In this document: piece by piece, positions 24,344-37,450 of the stretch
How positions within the stretch are numbered: the stretch's first letter is position 1
How the letters are laid out: every line of letters starts with the position of its first letter
Assembly (NCBI GenBank): GCA_052327205.1
Contig: CM126222.1
Location: forward strand, 59,396,001 to 59,460,000
Source: Somniosus microcephalus
Taxonomy: Eukaryota
Direction: 5' to 3'
Length of the DNA stretch: 64,000 nt
Notes under the pieces: model-generated
What the model saw: the letters and a program-made list of their open reading frames with translations, nothing else
The model's database searches: none
Told to the model about the DNA's origin: nothing
Translations under genes and position numbers: made by a program

Positions 24344-27300
24344 ATGTCAGAAGATAATGACGAAAATGCTTTGCAGCGAGGAGAAGACCTTAAACAGGCA
24401 GATGAAACTGTAGAATGTGACAATCGGTCTATAAGCTCCGGTTACTTCAGATCGCAAGCTGGTTCACGGTCATCTGGTGGTTCTAGAGTAAGCGTGGCCA
24501 TCGCCAGAGCACGAGCTAAGCTAGTAGCAGCTCAAGCCAGAGCTGCGCATGCGAACAGTGAAATAGAAATAAAAGTAAGACAGGCCCGTCTTCAAGCTGA
24601 ACCGCAAGCCGAACAGGCCCGCCTCCAAGCCGAACAGGCCCGACTCCAAGCCGAACAGGCCCGACCCCAAGCTGAATTCCAAGCCGAACAGACCCGTCAC
24701 CAAGTGGAACGCCAGGCTGAACAGGCCCGTCTCCAAGCCACATTAGACGCTCTGCAGCAACAAAAAGAGATAGATGCTGCATTAGCTGAGACACAAGTAT
24801 TCAAGGCAATTTTGGAGGGAGCTGACCCCGAGGCAGCTTCCAAACCTTTAATTCCCGTTTCGCGGCAGAGTCGACGACAGCGCACCATAGATTACGTGAG
24901 CGACCATGCCGACATACAGTTTACAAGAGAAAGGGATGAAGGCCCGCACATCTGTACAGATGCAAGCACTTCATATAACATGCCCCAAGTTGCCAATCAA
25001 GGTCAAAGTAGACAGCGTGCCTCAAGCCGCAGTGTCTCCCCCAGCAGGATGGAAGACACGGTGCAGAGGAATAGAACGCTGGATAGAGAAAGTCAGCAGC
25101 GAACCCCCTCTCGTTTCCTTGAGACCCCCAACAGAACCCCTATTCAGGGCAACCCTGGCACAGGTCCCAGTACCTATGACCTTGCCAAATACCTTGCACG
25201 CACCCAGCTGGTGACTACAGGGTTAATCAAGTTTGATGACAGGCCGGAGAATTATCGGGCTTGGAAGTCCTGCTTCCACGATGCCATATCGGGCTTAGAC
25301 CTGTCGGCAGGAGAAGAGCTCGGCCTCCTTATCAAATGGCTCGGCCCAGAGTCCGCCGGACAGGCATGCAGGATAAAAGCGGCCAATGCGGGACATCTGC
25401 CAGCGGGGTTGAAGACGGCTTGGGCAAGGCTGGAAGAAAGCTACAGCTCACCTGAAGCCATTGAAAGGGCTCTCTTTGACAGGTTGGAGAACTTTCCGAG
25501 GTTGACGAGTAAGGAACCCCAGAAGCTCCGCGACCTTGGAGATCTGCTGTCGGAACTCGAAGCCGCAAAGCAGGATGGCTACCTACCCGGTCTATCGTAC
25601 TTAGACACTTCCAGAGGGGTAAGTGCCATCATTGAGAAGCTTCCATTTAACCTGCAGGAGAAGTGGATAACGTTTGGATCAAAGTTCAAGCTAAAGCACA
25701 ACATGGCCTTCCCACCATTCTCTGCGTTTGCAAATTCATCCGTAAAGAAGCCAAAGCCAAGAACAACCCCAGCTTCAACCTCTTCTCCTCCCGCCCAGCA
25801 CTTGCCAGAAGAGACAAGTTTGACAGACATGGAAAGACACCAACATCTGTCCACAAAATGCAAGTGTCTTCAACTGAGAACACAAAGGTTCAGAAGAAAC
25901 CTGAGGATATGAGCAAACAATGCCCTATCCACAACAAGCCCCATCCTTTAAAGAAGTGCAGAGGCTTCAGGGAGATGTCCCTGGAAGATCGGAAACAATA
26001 TCTTAAAGAGAACTCTATATGTTTCAAGTGCTGCTCTTCCACGAGCCATCTCGCCAAGAACTGCAAGGTAGATGCAAAATGCACAGAATGTGAAAGTGAT
26101 TGGCACATTTCAGCACTCCACCCAGGCCCAGCTCCTTGGAAGTCAGAGTCGTCTCCTCCCGCCTCAGAGCATGGCGGGGAGAGAGAGGGAGCTGCCGGTC
26201 CGGAGATTACATCCAGGTGCACCGAGGTGTGTGGAGAAGGAGTGAGTGCAAGAGCATGCTCCAAGATATGCCTCGTTAATGTGTACCCTGTAGGACGTCG
26301 CCAAGAACCTGAGAAGATGTATGCCATACTAGACAAACAAAGCAATCGTTCTCTAGCAAGATCTGAGTTCTTCAACATCTTCAAGATCAAAGGAAGTCCG
26401 TCGCCTTACACGCTGAAGACGTGTGCTGGACTTTCAGAGACAGCCGGCAGGAGGGCCTGCGGTTATGTTGTTGAGTCAGCCGACGGGAAGATTAGCCTCC
26501 CCCTTCCTACACTCATTGAATGTAATCAAGTCCTCGACAACCGTTCTGAGATTCCCACTCCGAATGCAACTCGTCATCACCGTCATCTGAGACGCATTGC
26601 AGACGAGATCCCACCTCGTGATCCAGATGCAGGCATACTTCTGTTGTTGGGAAGGGACATCCTGAGGGTACATAAGATAAGGAAACAGATCAATGGTCCA
26701 CATGACGCCCCTTTCGCCCAAAGGCTAGACCTCGGCTGGGTCGTTGTTGGAGAAGTGTGCCTCAAGGGCGCTCACAAGCCATCTCAGTTGAGCACACTCA
26801 AGACTTCCATCTTGGAGAATGGTCGTCCAAGCTACCTTACCCCATGCAGTAGTCAGATCCGAGTGACAGAGAAGTTCAGTCATACGGCCCAGCCTCAGAA
26901 ACCCCCAGCGCTGATCTCCGCAGACAGCACACAGATGATGCTCACTGGAGAGAACCCGGGTCAGTCAGTCTTCTGTCGCACCGCCAATGACCACAAACTT
27001 GCTCCATCGATCGACGACATGAGGTTCCTCCAGATTATGGACAATGAGGTCTCTCGTGACAGCTCTAACAGCTGGGTTGCACCCTTACCCTTCCAGAACC
27101 CCAGACGATGGCTGCCAAACAACAGGGAGTATGCCTATAATCGTCTTAAATCACTTCGTCGCACACTAGAGAAGAAGCCAAAGATGAAAGCACACTTCCT
27201 AGAATTTGTAAAGAAAATGCTTGTCAACGATCATGCAGAGATAGCTCCTCCACTCCAGGAAGGCCAAGAGTGTCGGTACCTCCCTTCCTTCAGAGTCTAT

Positions 27301-28481
27301 CACCCCAAAAAGCCGGAACAGATCCGTGTGGTGTTTGACTCCAGTGCACCATATCAGGGAGTCTCTCTCAACGACATACTCCTCACGGGGCCTGATCTTA
27401 ACCACAGCCTCTTGGGAGTACTCATGAGATTCAGGAAAGAGCCCATCGCCATCACTGCCGATATCCAGCACATGTTTCATTGCTTTGTGGTGAGAGAAGA
27501 CCACAGAGACTTCCTCTGCTTCCTGTGGTATTGAGACAATGACCCCAACAGAGACATTGTGGACTACAGGATGCGTGTCCATGTCTTCGGGAATAGCCTG
27601 TCCCTTGCTGTCGCCATATACGGACTGAGGAGGGCTGCCAAGGAAGAAGACGATGACTTTGGCAGTGATGTGAGAGGGTTCATCGAACGAGAGTTCTATG
27701 TCGACGACGCACTGAAGTCATTCCCGACCAAAGCAGAGGCTATCAGTACCCTCGGACGAGCTCAGGAACTACTTGCACTATCCAACCTCAGGCTGCACAA
27801 GATAGCCTCTAACAGACCAGCAGTGATGAAGGCATTCCCCCCTGAAGATCGTGCTAAGGACGTCAAGGATCTAGACCTCTTCACTGATGACCTCCCCCTA
27901 CAGCGTAACCTAGGAGTGTCTTGGAACATAGCAACAGACACGTTCACGTTCCAAGTCTTAGATGCCAAGAAATCCTTCACACGTAGAGGAGTGCTCTCTA
28001 CAGTCAACAGCCTATACGACCCTCTCGGCTTCTTAGCCCCTGTCACCATACAAGGCAGGCTGCTCCTCAGGGAACTCTCCACACGCGCTGAAGAGATGGA
28101 AGCAGAGTGGGACAGATGGAGAGACTCACTCCAAGACTTACAGGAGATCCGAATACCTTGCTGCTATATGTCCTTCTCTCCCTTAAATGCCCAATTCAAA
28201 GAGCTTTGTGTCTTTGCAGACGCATCCGCTAAGGCCATTGCAAGTGTGGCTTATCTGAAGGTCACCACTCAAGATGGAAAAAGCAAAATCGGCTTCGTCT
28301 TTGATAGGGGTAAGTTGGCGCCCCAGCCAGACCTCACCATACCCAGATTGGAACTGTGCGCAGCAGAACGCAACCTACCCCCTCACAGCAGTCTACGGAA
28401 GCTGCATCCTATCGTCGACACCGACGGCCCGTCTCTGAGGTGGTTCTTCTTTTGTCGCCAGAGGACTCCAGTGACAAGTAG
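24344..28481 (+). pseudogene. BEL/Pao gag-pol polyprotein, disrupted
   Basis: Gag core (KFDDRPENYRAWK), three Zn knuckles (CPIH..H..C; CFKC...H...C; CTEC...H...H), protease YAILDKQSNRSL, RT IRVVFDSSA and YVDD, RNase H VFADAS...TIPRLELCAA. Lesions: frameshift near 25730, stop at 27532-27534, deletions near 28090, 28365 and 28425. Confidence 0.92.
24581..24740 (+). repeat. 21-bp coding tandem repeat (AEQARLQ heptads) in BEL gag
   Basis: Repeated GCCGAACAGGCCCGxCTCCAA units, with 12-bp spacer variants. Confidence 0.85.
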
Positions 28482-28523
28482 AGTTCGGACTATGTGGAGT
28501 CGTTAACGACCCCAGACGGGGAG

Positions 28524-29105
28524 TGTTCTGGACTTATGGACATTATGGACATTTTACATGCAGATAGCACCCGCTGGTGGTGGTTATTGTGTTAGCAGTG
28601 TTTCTATGCAGCAGAGGTCATTTGACCTTTCTACCTTTCTTCCTGTTTGACCCAGGAAGTAGAATTCCAGGAAGAACCTAACTGAGTAATGGAGGATCTT
28701 CCATGAGGGATCCTCAATCCAATGTAATCTGATCTCATATGTTAGGCCAGGTGCAATATCTGTGAGTATCTTTGTTTGTTAGCATAACAGCAACTTTGTC
28801 AGTGTAGTATTTTGACAATACTATGTTTATGAGAAGTAATAGTTGATATTTACAGAAGTACAGTCCAAATGTTAGTTAGTTATACAATTAGTCTATTCTA
28901 CTTTTGTAAATACGTTTATATCTTATGTAATATTGAATGTATAGTACTCAGTTTATGTACAAAACATACTTTGTCTTTGTTTACAGTTTCACAAATTTGT
29001 TCAAGTAAAGCTTCAAACAGCAAAACGGCTTCACGAGGAATTATTTGAATAAGTGTTTAACTTGCTGGATAACTAGATAGGAGCACGTCTAGCAAGGCCA
29101 GTACA
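28524..29105 (+). repeat. 3' LTR of the BEL/Pao element (582 bp)
   Basis: Direct repeat of 23665-24248, preceded by the PPT. Confidence 0.95.
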
Positions 29106-29224
29106 GTGAGTGTCATATCAGCTGTCATCTGTTACATCGTTAACAGTTTGCAGAAGTTCAAAAAGTAAGTAATTAGATTTACAGTGGCAATTTATAAACG
29201 GGGACCACATTTACTAGCAATATA

Positions 29225-30934
29225 GGCCGGAGTTTTCCGGGGTGGTAGTGAGCAGGTTGGGTGGGAAAGTTGCTATTTTTGGGAGCATTTTGGGAACCTG
29301 CTGTCATCCCGCTCCCACGCGCCTTTCCCCCAGGCCAACCCGACCGGCAGAGGCAGGCGACCCAATTTAAATTATCAGTAGCTAGTTGTCAGACTCTTAA
29401 GAGTGGTTTTAACCTTACCTTTTAAATTTAACTGTATGGCCACAGGAAACATACTGCTCGGGAACCACGTCTGTCAACCTGAGGTGGGAGTTCATTGGCC
29501 ATTGCTCCAGCTGATTAGTTGACAGCATCAAATGTATTATAAAAGCTCCCACCTGACAGATGATCACTTTCCTCAGCAGAAGCTGTTTCTCACTGCATTC
29601 CCAGCACAGATTCTGAAGGCTGTAATCTTTCCAGCAAAGTCTCTCACCATTGAGAGATTGCATCTGTCATCTCTGCTTCACCTGCCGTCTATTCCATCAG
29701 CATGGATGCCATTTATACTGTCTCACCTTGGTCCTCAGAATCGGACCATGATGAGCCCCAACACCAGCAGCACCAACAACACCACCACCAACCTTCTCCG
29801 CAATCACCTGATGCTGCACAGGACAGAGGGCATCAGCGCCTGAGCACACTGCTGCCCGGGAGGCCAGGGATGGCCTCATCATGGCCAGATTTACATCACT
29901 TGATGCTGTACACCCTGGCTGCCACATGATGCGCCAGGTTGGCACCACCCCACACCAACACCATAAAGCGTCCCTGCAATGACCAAACCATTCCTTTCAC
30001 ACTCACTACCATTGCAGGGGGTACCGTTATGTCTCACCATTCACTGCAACTCACTATGCCACTTCCAAAGATGCACACAAATCTGTCCAACACCAGAAAG
30101 TGTTGAAGATAAAGATTTTTATATTTGACAGCACATTAACAGAAACTTTACATAAACATTGATTAAAACACCCAAGTGGCCTTCTTGTGTGTTGTTAGTT
30201 GGTATGATTGCACTAGGATGAGGGTGAGTGAGAGGGGTGGCTAGTGAGATGGGGATGTGATAATGTAGATAGAGAGGGATGGGTGGAGGTGCAAGGTATG
30301 TTGGTGTGAGTAAGGATGTGCAGGGGTAGGGTTGGGAAGGCAGAGTGATGGGGATGTGATGAGAGGCACAGTAGGATGAAGGTGAGTGTGGCTTTGTACT
30401 CATGTTTCCTGATCTAATGAGATAATTGAAATGTTTGTGGCACTGCACCCAGGTCCTCCTGACCACATCCCTGCTGGTGACCTTCTCTGCAATCTCCAAT
30501 CAGGCTGTTTTGGTGTCCTGGGGAGGTTTCTCTCGCCCATTGGAAGGGAAGAGGACCTCCCTGCGTGCTCTGACTCCCTCCATAAGCATATGGAGGGAGT
30601 CATCAGAGAACCTGGGTGCTGTCCTCTGCCTCTGTGCAGTCTTTGTCAGTGTTTGCAGCACTCCAATGCTGTAGTGCACGGACAGCACTATGTCACATTG
30701 ACATTTAAATCCAATGTGGCCATGGCCCCTTTAAAGATCCTGGCTGAAAACGCGTCATCGATGACGTCACCAGACCCGCACCATTTAATTGGGCTGGGTA
30801 TCGTGCAGGGCAGGCTTAATAGGCCCTATTAAGGGAAAGTCATTTTCAGCAGCGGGATGGAGCCAGCAGCGGGGTCGTGCCCCGCTACGGACACCGCCCA
30901 CACCAAACCTGCCCAGGTAGGCAACATTCTGGCC
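29225..30934. mobile_element. Internally deleted Harbinger transposon with convergent HARBI-like (+) and Myb/SANT (-) remnants
   Basis: TIRs GGCCGGAGTTTTCC / GGCAACATTCTGGCC. Minus strand about 30405-30630 reads APRFSDDSLHMLMEGV...*LEIAEKVTSRDVVRRTWVQCHKHFNYLIRSG. Plus strand 29702-29850 is a Q/H-rich transposase-like N-terminus. Confidence 0.8.
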
Positions 30935-31123
30935 ATAATGTTTAAACAGTCCAAATCTTTGAGCTATCATAATGAAGAAAGATATCATTCAAAGTGTAGC
31001 TTTGACCTCTATTTTATTGGAGATAATTTTCCCTTTCTGGTGCACACACACATGCACACACACTGATTAAAAGCAGGTTTGCAGAGTACAAGCAAATCGG
31101 AGTTTAAAGTTGATGGGGGAGGA

Positions 31124-32085
31124 GGGGTATTATTTTGGCTAGAGGCTGAAAACAGGCGCTAAATGGCTGCTGTGTTAATAAGACACACCTGTTTGAAAGT
31201 CTGGTTTTAGCACAATTCTGGTCCTAATTGCTGATTACCATAATTTGAACTTGCCTGGAAGTACTAAAACAGACACCAGTAGGATTAGCACTCAAATGCT
31301 ATTTTCGTGGAGCAGTATATGTGGGCTCCATGCATCCACTTCCACTGAAAGTGTGGAGTGCGCTGGCTGACGCACAGCGGCATGTTTCAGGATGACTCAG
31401 GGACCAAGAGAGAGGGCACACAGGTTCTCGGATGCAGCACTGGAGGTCCTGGTGGAGAAATCCTGTACCCGCAGGGGGAAGGAGTCCACCTTGCCCCTTT
31501 GTCCCTATCTCCTGCAGTAGCTGGTGCTTCTCTGCCTGGCCTCATTTCCTTCTCCCATTCCCCTGTAGACCAAGGGGATCCCTTAGCAAGATACCCATGA
31601 CCAGGCATTCCTGATGTCCAACAAGGTAGAGTAGCACAGCACTTACTCTTTTTAGGTGAAGCCCTCAGAGAATTTCTGGAATAAATGTTGATAGAGTGTT
31701 GGTGAAGTCTTGACAAAGTGTCCCAGGAAGTCTCCCGATGTGTTTCAAAAGTTCCCTTCAAACCTCCAGCAGAAAGTGAACAGTAACAGGTGATATACCT
31801 TTAAGTAGCGCTCAAAATCCTCAGCAATGACTTGTTTACTCCCAATTAGCTGATCACAGTTAGCAGAGGGCGTTAAATCAAGCACTATCCAACAAAATGC
31901 CGTGCAGACTGCTAGCAGGCAATTTAAGTGGCAACAAGCCCCTTAACAATCCTCCAGGCGGCTGTTCCTACTGTGCGCTTCAACTCCTTTACCAAGATGG
32001 CGCCTTGCATTAAACGTGGGCTAAACCGGCATTTCAGCTCCAGACCCAATCTTGGCCATCTTGGAGAATCTTGAAAATCACCCCC
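31124..32085. mobile_element. Degraded Harbinger element with a Myb/SANT remnant (+)
   Basis: About 31410-31485 reads RERAHRFSDAALEVLVE..ILYPQGG. Right end TTGAAAATCACCCCC. Left boundary approximate. Confidence 0.6.
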
Positions 32086-32265
32086 AAAGTGCCAAATATC
32101 TGTAATTAATATATTTGCAGCTTTTTGTAAAAATTGGCTGAATTAACCAGCCACCTATATCCTGTTTCTTGTGGATCATATCTGTGCATTTTATCTGTAA
32201 TTTAACTCCTTTTTTTTTGGTGCCAGCATATAAATAGCATCACCTGTTTTTTTTCATCTGTACAG

Positions 32266-32418
32266 GCAAACATGAGAGAGTTATCTAGTTGCTGTTAGTA
32301 CTTTTGGTTCCACATTCAGTTATGTAATCATTAAAGATGCCATGGGTTAATTACTAAAAAAGTGGTTCCTCGCAACAGAAAGATTAAAAAATGAACTTCA
32401 GGAGACAGGAAATGAAAG
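32266..32418 (+). other. Candidate host-gene 5' UTR exon (153 bp)
   Basis: Acceptor TTTTTTTTCATCTGTACAG| and consensus donor AAG|GTAAGT in unique sequence. No through-reading frame, several upstream ATGs. Confidence 0.5.
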
Positions 32419-33181
32419 GTAAGTTTTAAGATTGTAAAATAACAATATGCAACCTATACTTCATATCTTTTCCACAGTATAGCTGGGTGGGGCTGGTAGA
32501 GAAAACATCTAATCACTGGATAAGTTGCAGTCCAAGATTTGCAGGTTACTAAGACCTGTGTAAAGGTGCAGTTTATGTACTGGATTTTATGATCATAAGC
32601 TGTTTAGGTTGTTTTTGTGGGATTTCCTGTTGAGTAGTTTTTTTCTTGCTTTTACAAGGACTTATCAAATCTCATGCATTTTCAGCTGCTTTCACCGGCA
32701 AACCACAAAATAACATGCTCTGAGATTAATCCATTGGTATCAAATTAAAACAAAACAATTGCGAAAGATGCCAGAGTCTGGAGAATATGCAAATCAGTTG
32801 TGAGGATCCAACTATTTCCTGAAAGGACAAGTCAACTGGCTGATTACTTTCTCATCTTGGTCTTGAGCTTTGATCTATCCTCCTTGGATACTCGGTGTAA
32901 TGAAATGAGCAAAGCTTTGAAATGTTTGGCAAGGTGGGCAAAGTATGCCGATAGCCAATTTGCATGAGATTTGCTTATCCTCACTGCATTGTGACTTCAG
33001 TTTTGCATTAAAGTGGACATGCTATGGTTTTGGGTGATGCTGGGGGACAATTGGAGGATTTTATTTGTCATCCTTTCTTACAAGTGTTGCGGCAGTTCTT
33101 GTAGCAACATTGGTTATAGAGGTTAAAAATTGAAGATTGAATTGTGTTCAATGTGCCATAACTTGTCATTTTAGAGATTTC

Positions 33182-33965
33182 GGAGGAAAAATTCGATTGG
33201 TTTGCACCTCCTGTCAAGAGGGCGCTAACGGGGCGCAAAGCAACTAGCGCCCGAGCGCGGCAATGTTTGCACCGCTCACGAACTTGACCAGACATTTTGC
33301 GGCGGCATTAAACACTACCGCCACGATCTCCTGCGCCTGCAGATCGTGACGTCAGTCGAGCGTACAGCGCCCCTGACTGGATATTGAGTCGCGTCCCCTG
33401 CCTTAGCACCTGCCGCTAGGAACGACAGGTAGAGGGGAACGTTTTCAAGTCGGAAAGAGGCTGGGGGAGCGCTATTTAAAGGCGGGCGCTTCCTGCCCTT
33501 TCTTGTCGGCAACATTTTTGGTTTTAACACTGTCCGAAGGAGTTTTGGCCCTCAGCACCACTTTTGAGGTTCCTAAGCGCTGAGCTCTTTCCCTGGGCCT
33601 ATCCATTAGTGCTTCCACACAATTGCTTTTGAGGTCACTCCAGGCCGAGATTCAAGGCTGCAATGAGTAGGGTGTGGCTGGCCAGCAAAATGGCCTCTCC
33701 CCTTTAAGAACTGGATGGCGCCAGTGTGTCTGGCTTCCATGGTAACTGACATCGCCTGAGCTTCGGTAACGTTCTGAGGTAGCGCCTCGCTCCCTGAGGT
33801 TAGCGCCTTAAGAGAGGTGTGTAGCGCCTGATTTAGCGCTCAAATCACCTCCAGGGGCGATAGAGGCAAATTTTGCAGCCGGAGGCGATAATTAGGGCCG
33901 GGCACTAATCTTTGCACCTGGCTGATATTAGCGCCCCAAAATGGGCGATACCCAATTTCTCCCCC
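33182..33965. mobile_element. Harbinger-type MITE, related to 41214-41949
   Basis: Ends GGAGGAAAAATT / AATTTCTCCCCC. Shares GAGGGC.CTAACGGGG.GC and repeated TTAGCGCC subterminal motifs with 41214-41949. Confidence 0.75.
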
Positions 33966-35519
33966 GAATCTCTTACTACCACGATGAAAGTTTTACACCC
34001 TTTCAAAATGAAAAAGTTAAACTAAAGGGACATTATTGTGTTATTAAATCTGACCTGCCTTCTAATTCTCAACTGTATAATGAACCATATATGTTAGGTT
34101 ACGAACGGTTTTTATTTTGAGACTAGATGGTGAAAGACCTGTACATTTTTAGAAAGTATTTTTGTGGGGTTTTAAAAGTAGAAGGAAATTCTCTAAAAGG
34201 GAAAAAACAGTGGAGCCCTATTGACTGCCATCTTTTCCTTAGAGACAGTAAAAAATGACTTTGAAAAAATTTAATTTTCGAAAGACTGAAACATTTGTGA
34301 GGATGTTGAGTTATGTTAGCAAGAGATTTACAACTTGTGTGAACCAACAAAAAAGCTACAGTATGCCATAGCTTTAACTGGGGCTGCACCTCGATTCGTA
34401 GAACTGTACATGGAAAGCAATTTAGTACTCTTACAGTTTAACGTGATGAATAAGGTGACAGAATGAATCTTTGAAACATTGATATATGTAGTTATAAAAT
34501 GAAACTATGTGGTTGAATACATGTAGATTGGATGCAGGTTGCAACATGCTTGATACATGTATGCTAAGAAACTACAGATTCTAGTCTGCCAAGAAAATGA
34601 AAGAGTTATGCCTTTAAGGTATCAATCCTACTTTTTGCTAGTTTTTGCTTTAACCTAAGAAAACCATGAAATGGCAAGTATATCAGTTGTGTTCCTTTCA
34701 CCCATTAGATATCAGTCTATTTCAGGGTTGTTTTCACAGAATGCTAACAGGGCAGTCTTTTTTTAAAAAACAGTGTATAAAATAAACTTTGAAAAATGTT
34801 ACTGCAAGATTATTTATGCTACCTTAAGAGGCAGATATATTCAAACCGTTCTAAATGAATGTAACTTGATACTTTAATGACACAAATTAACAGACCAAAA
34901 TTAATTTCCCAGGGAATCAATTTTAACATTCTTTAAATAGGCTACAGTCTTTTTAGAAGCCATTGTTTATTGGAGTGTATGTCTTCTGCATTATATTATC
35001 TGTATAGGCTAAATTTGTTTAAATACGATTAACTTTGCAACACACACAACTTTCTAACATGTGGAGTGATCTGAGCTTATGCCTATGACATGGCAGATGA
35101 GTGCTAATCTTGGTTATAACTTTCACAAGATAATTACAGCTGAGGAAGGCCATTTGGCCCATCTTAATTCATCCATCCAGAGACATCCGAACATCCCCTC
35201 CAGTTCCGCATGGTGTAAATAAAAAGAAAGAAAATCTGCAAATGTGAAAATACACAGCAGGGCTGCTGGCGTCTGCAAAGAGAAATCTGGGACTTATGCT
35301 GCTGTGCCTGCTGTGAACTTCCAGCATTTCTGTTTTTGCTTCTGTGCACTATAAATGTGACATTAGTCTTCATCTGATCTATGACATAGTTGACCCAGGA
35401 AACAAAAGTGGAAGCAACAATCCATTCCAATAGTGAGACATCCCTCACCTTGATGCCCACAGGAAAGAAAGTGCACCTTTGTTTGCTCAAGGGCTTCCAT
35501 TGCAAAATAGTCATCTACC

Positions 35520-35977
35520 AGTGTCAGCTGTGGCTCAGTTAGCAGCACACTTGCCTCTGAGTCAGAAGGTTGTGGGTTCATAGTCCCACTCCAGAAGCAC
35601 AAAAATCTAGGCTGACACTCCAGTGGAGTACTGAGGGGGTGCTGCACTGTCAGAGGTGCTGTCTTTTGGATGAGATGTTAAACCGAGGCCCCATCTGCTT
35701 TCTCAGATGGACGTAAAAGATCCCATGGCACTATTTTGAAGAAGAGCAGGGGAGTTTTCCCTGGTGTCCTGGTCAATATTTATCCCTCAACCAACATAAC
35801 AAAAACAGATTATCTGGTCATTATCACATTGCTGTTTGTGGGAGCTTGCTGTGAGCAAATTGGCTGCTGCGTTTCCCACATTACAACAGTGACTACACTT
35901 CAAAAATACTTGGCTGTGAAGCACTTTGAGACGGTGGGAGGTCGTGAAAGGCGCTATATAAATGCAAGTCTTTCTTT
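35520..35977 (+). mobile_element. tRNA-derived DeuSINE (SacSINE1-like), full length
   Basis: A box TGGCTCAGTTAG, B box GGTTCATAGTCC, Deu-domain motif GTAAAAGATCCCATGGCACTATTTTGAAGAAGAGCAGGGG, tail GGCGCTATATAAATGCAAGTCTTTCTTT. Confidence 0.85.
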
Positions 35978-36344
35978 GAGTGAATTAGGTCATGCAGCAA
36001 CTCTTAATAACTTCTGCAGCAACATTTTTGAAATAGAAAAGTAGTCTTTAGTACCCACCCATCAACCTCCCAAAAGTTCAATAATCTATCAATGTTATTT
36101 AAATCTATACGGTAACACTGCACTATTCCCAGCTTGTACTGGTACAGTACCTGTTGGTTGTTGCCCTTCCTGGTAAGCATCACAATTTGCATGGTCCGCT
36201 TGTCCTCCTCCTGTGGGTGTAGCTCCTTTCTTCAACCGGATTTTTTCCCATGATGTCCAATAATAAATTCTCATTTCTGGAGACAACTTTGCGCTGGTGC
36301 TGGATGTGTTTGCTTGCTTTGGAAACCGTTTTATTGTAATCGTG

Positions 36345-36625
36345 CATGGTCTGGTTGGTCTGCCTTTGGGGCTGGAGGATGAGGGGGAGCAGCAGAGCAG
36401 GCAGAAGAGAGCAGAAGCAGCTAGAAGAGGGCAGAGGTTACCGCGCAGAACGCCATACCCACAGCGGGTCTTCAGAAAGCACTCCTCACACCTAAACTTC
36501 ACTGAGGAGTCAGGTGCCTGCGCTTCACCACGGAGGTTATCGCTGGTGTCATCTGCTGCAGCCACAACTGGAGCCCCACATCAGGGCACAGACTGCCCGT
36601 GACTGTCAAGGTCACCGTGCCCCAT
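36345..36625 (+). pseudogene. HARBI1-like Harbinger transposase N-terminal relic
   Basis: RRTPYPQRVFRKHSSHLNFTEE, then frameshifted CLRFTTEVI..CHLLQPQLEP..LPVTVKVT. Confidence 0.7.
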
Positions 36626-37079
36626 AATGTTTACACCGCAGGCTCATTCCAGACGACAGCAAGTGACATCAGCAACATATTGCAGTTTGCTGTGCAGTGA
36701 TGCAGTGTGCGCCCCGCCCCCTGCGTGCCTGTTTTTTGCATCCAATCAAATGTCTAGGCCCTTGGATCTCTTTTCAAGTTCATCCTTAGCTATTTTAACA
36801 TCATACATGGAGGAACTGTTGTGTCCCTCTGTTTTATTTATTCCCATGTGCTGCGCTTTACACTAGTCTGTATTAAATAGAATCTGTTATTCTCACCCAC
36901 TTACATGTTTTGTCCAGCTCATTTTTGTGGTTCCCGAGCTTCCTCCTCAGCATCAAGTATCCCTGCTACTTTGGTAGTGTCTTCAATTCTGCCCAGTTTG
37001 TATTACTTTTTCTGAATCCAAAATGTTACTGTAAATTAGAAATGGGAAGGCCCAACCCCAGTCTTTTTAGGCCACATCG

Positions 37080-37450
37080 CTCCGTACTTTCGCACCCCCC
37101 ACCTCCCAACATAACTCCTTTAACATGTACTGTACCTGCTGCTTCCTATCCATCAACCAATTTCTGACTCATTCTCAAGTTGCCCCCCTCTTTCTCTGCT
37201 GCTTTAAGCTTAACTAACAACCCTTTGTGTGGAACTTTGTCAAATGCCTTTTGGAAATCTAGGTGCACCAAGTTGTAAGACTTTCAACAGTTGACTTGGA
37301 GTGTCACTTCCCTAAAAATAAACGAGAAGGACATTGGCCGGGTAGGCTCTTATCCTCCACCCAACTGAATCCATGTTGATTGCTATTTACTAGTATCTTA
37401 TTGGTAAATCTCAAGTTTACTCCTGATAATCAATTCTATTATTTTACCTG
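37080..37450 (-). mobile_element. Old degraded CR1 RT fragment
   Basis: GGAACTTTGTCAAATGCCTTTTGGAAATCTAGG is the antisense of LDFQKAFDKVP. Confidence 0.55.

Larger units (their letters stand above)
23665..29105 (+). mobile_element. BEL/Pao LTR retrotransposon, internally deleted, integrase missing
   Basis: Two TGT...ACA LTRs, 5-bp TSD GTGAG (23660-23664 / 29106-29110), PPT AGACGGGGAG, and BEL-type gag-PR-RT-RH motifs. Confidence 0.95.

Noticed and set aside
24581-24740. 21-bp repeats as a CRISPR-like array
   Set aside because: Tandem coding repeats without unique spacers, inside a retrotransposon ORF in a eukaryote.
25663-25912. Overlap of the 522-aa and 623-aa ORFs as a programmed gag-pol frameshift
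   Set aside because: BEL/Pao elements normally encode one ORF. The switch falls mid-Gag (PPFSAF/KFIRKEAK), before the Zn knuckles, with no clear slippery heptamer, so a 1-nt deletion is more likely.
35525-35600. tRNA gene
   Set aside because: The A/B boxes belong to a SINE head that continues into the Deu domain and tail. No complete cloverleaf.
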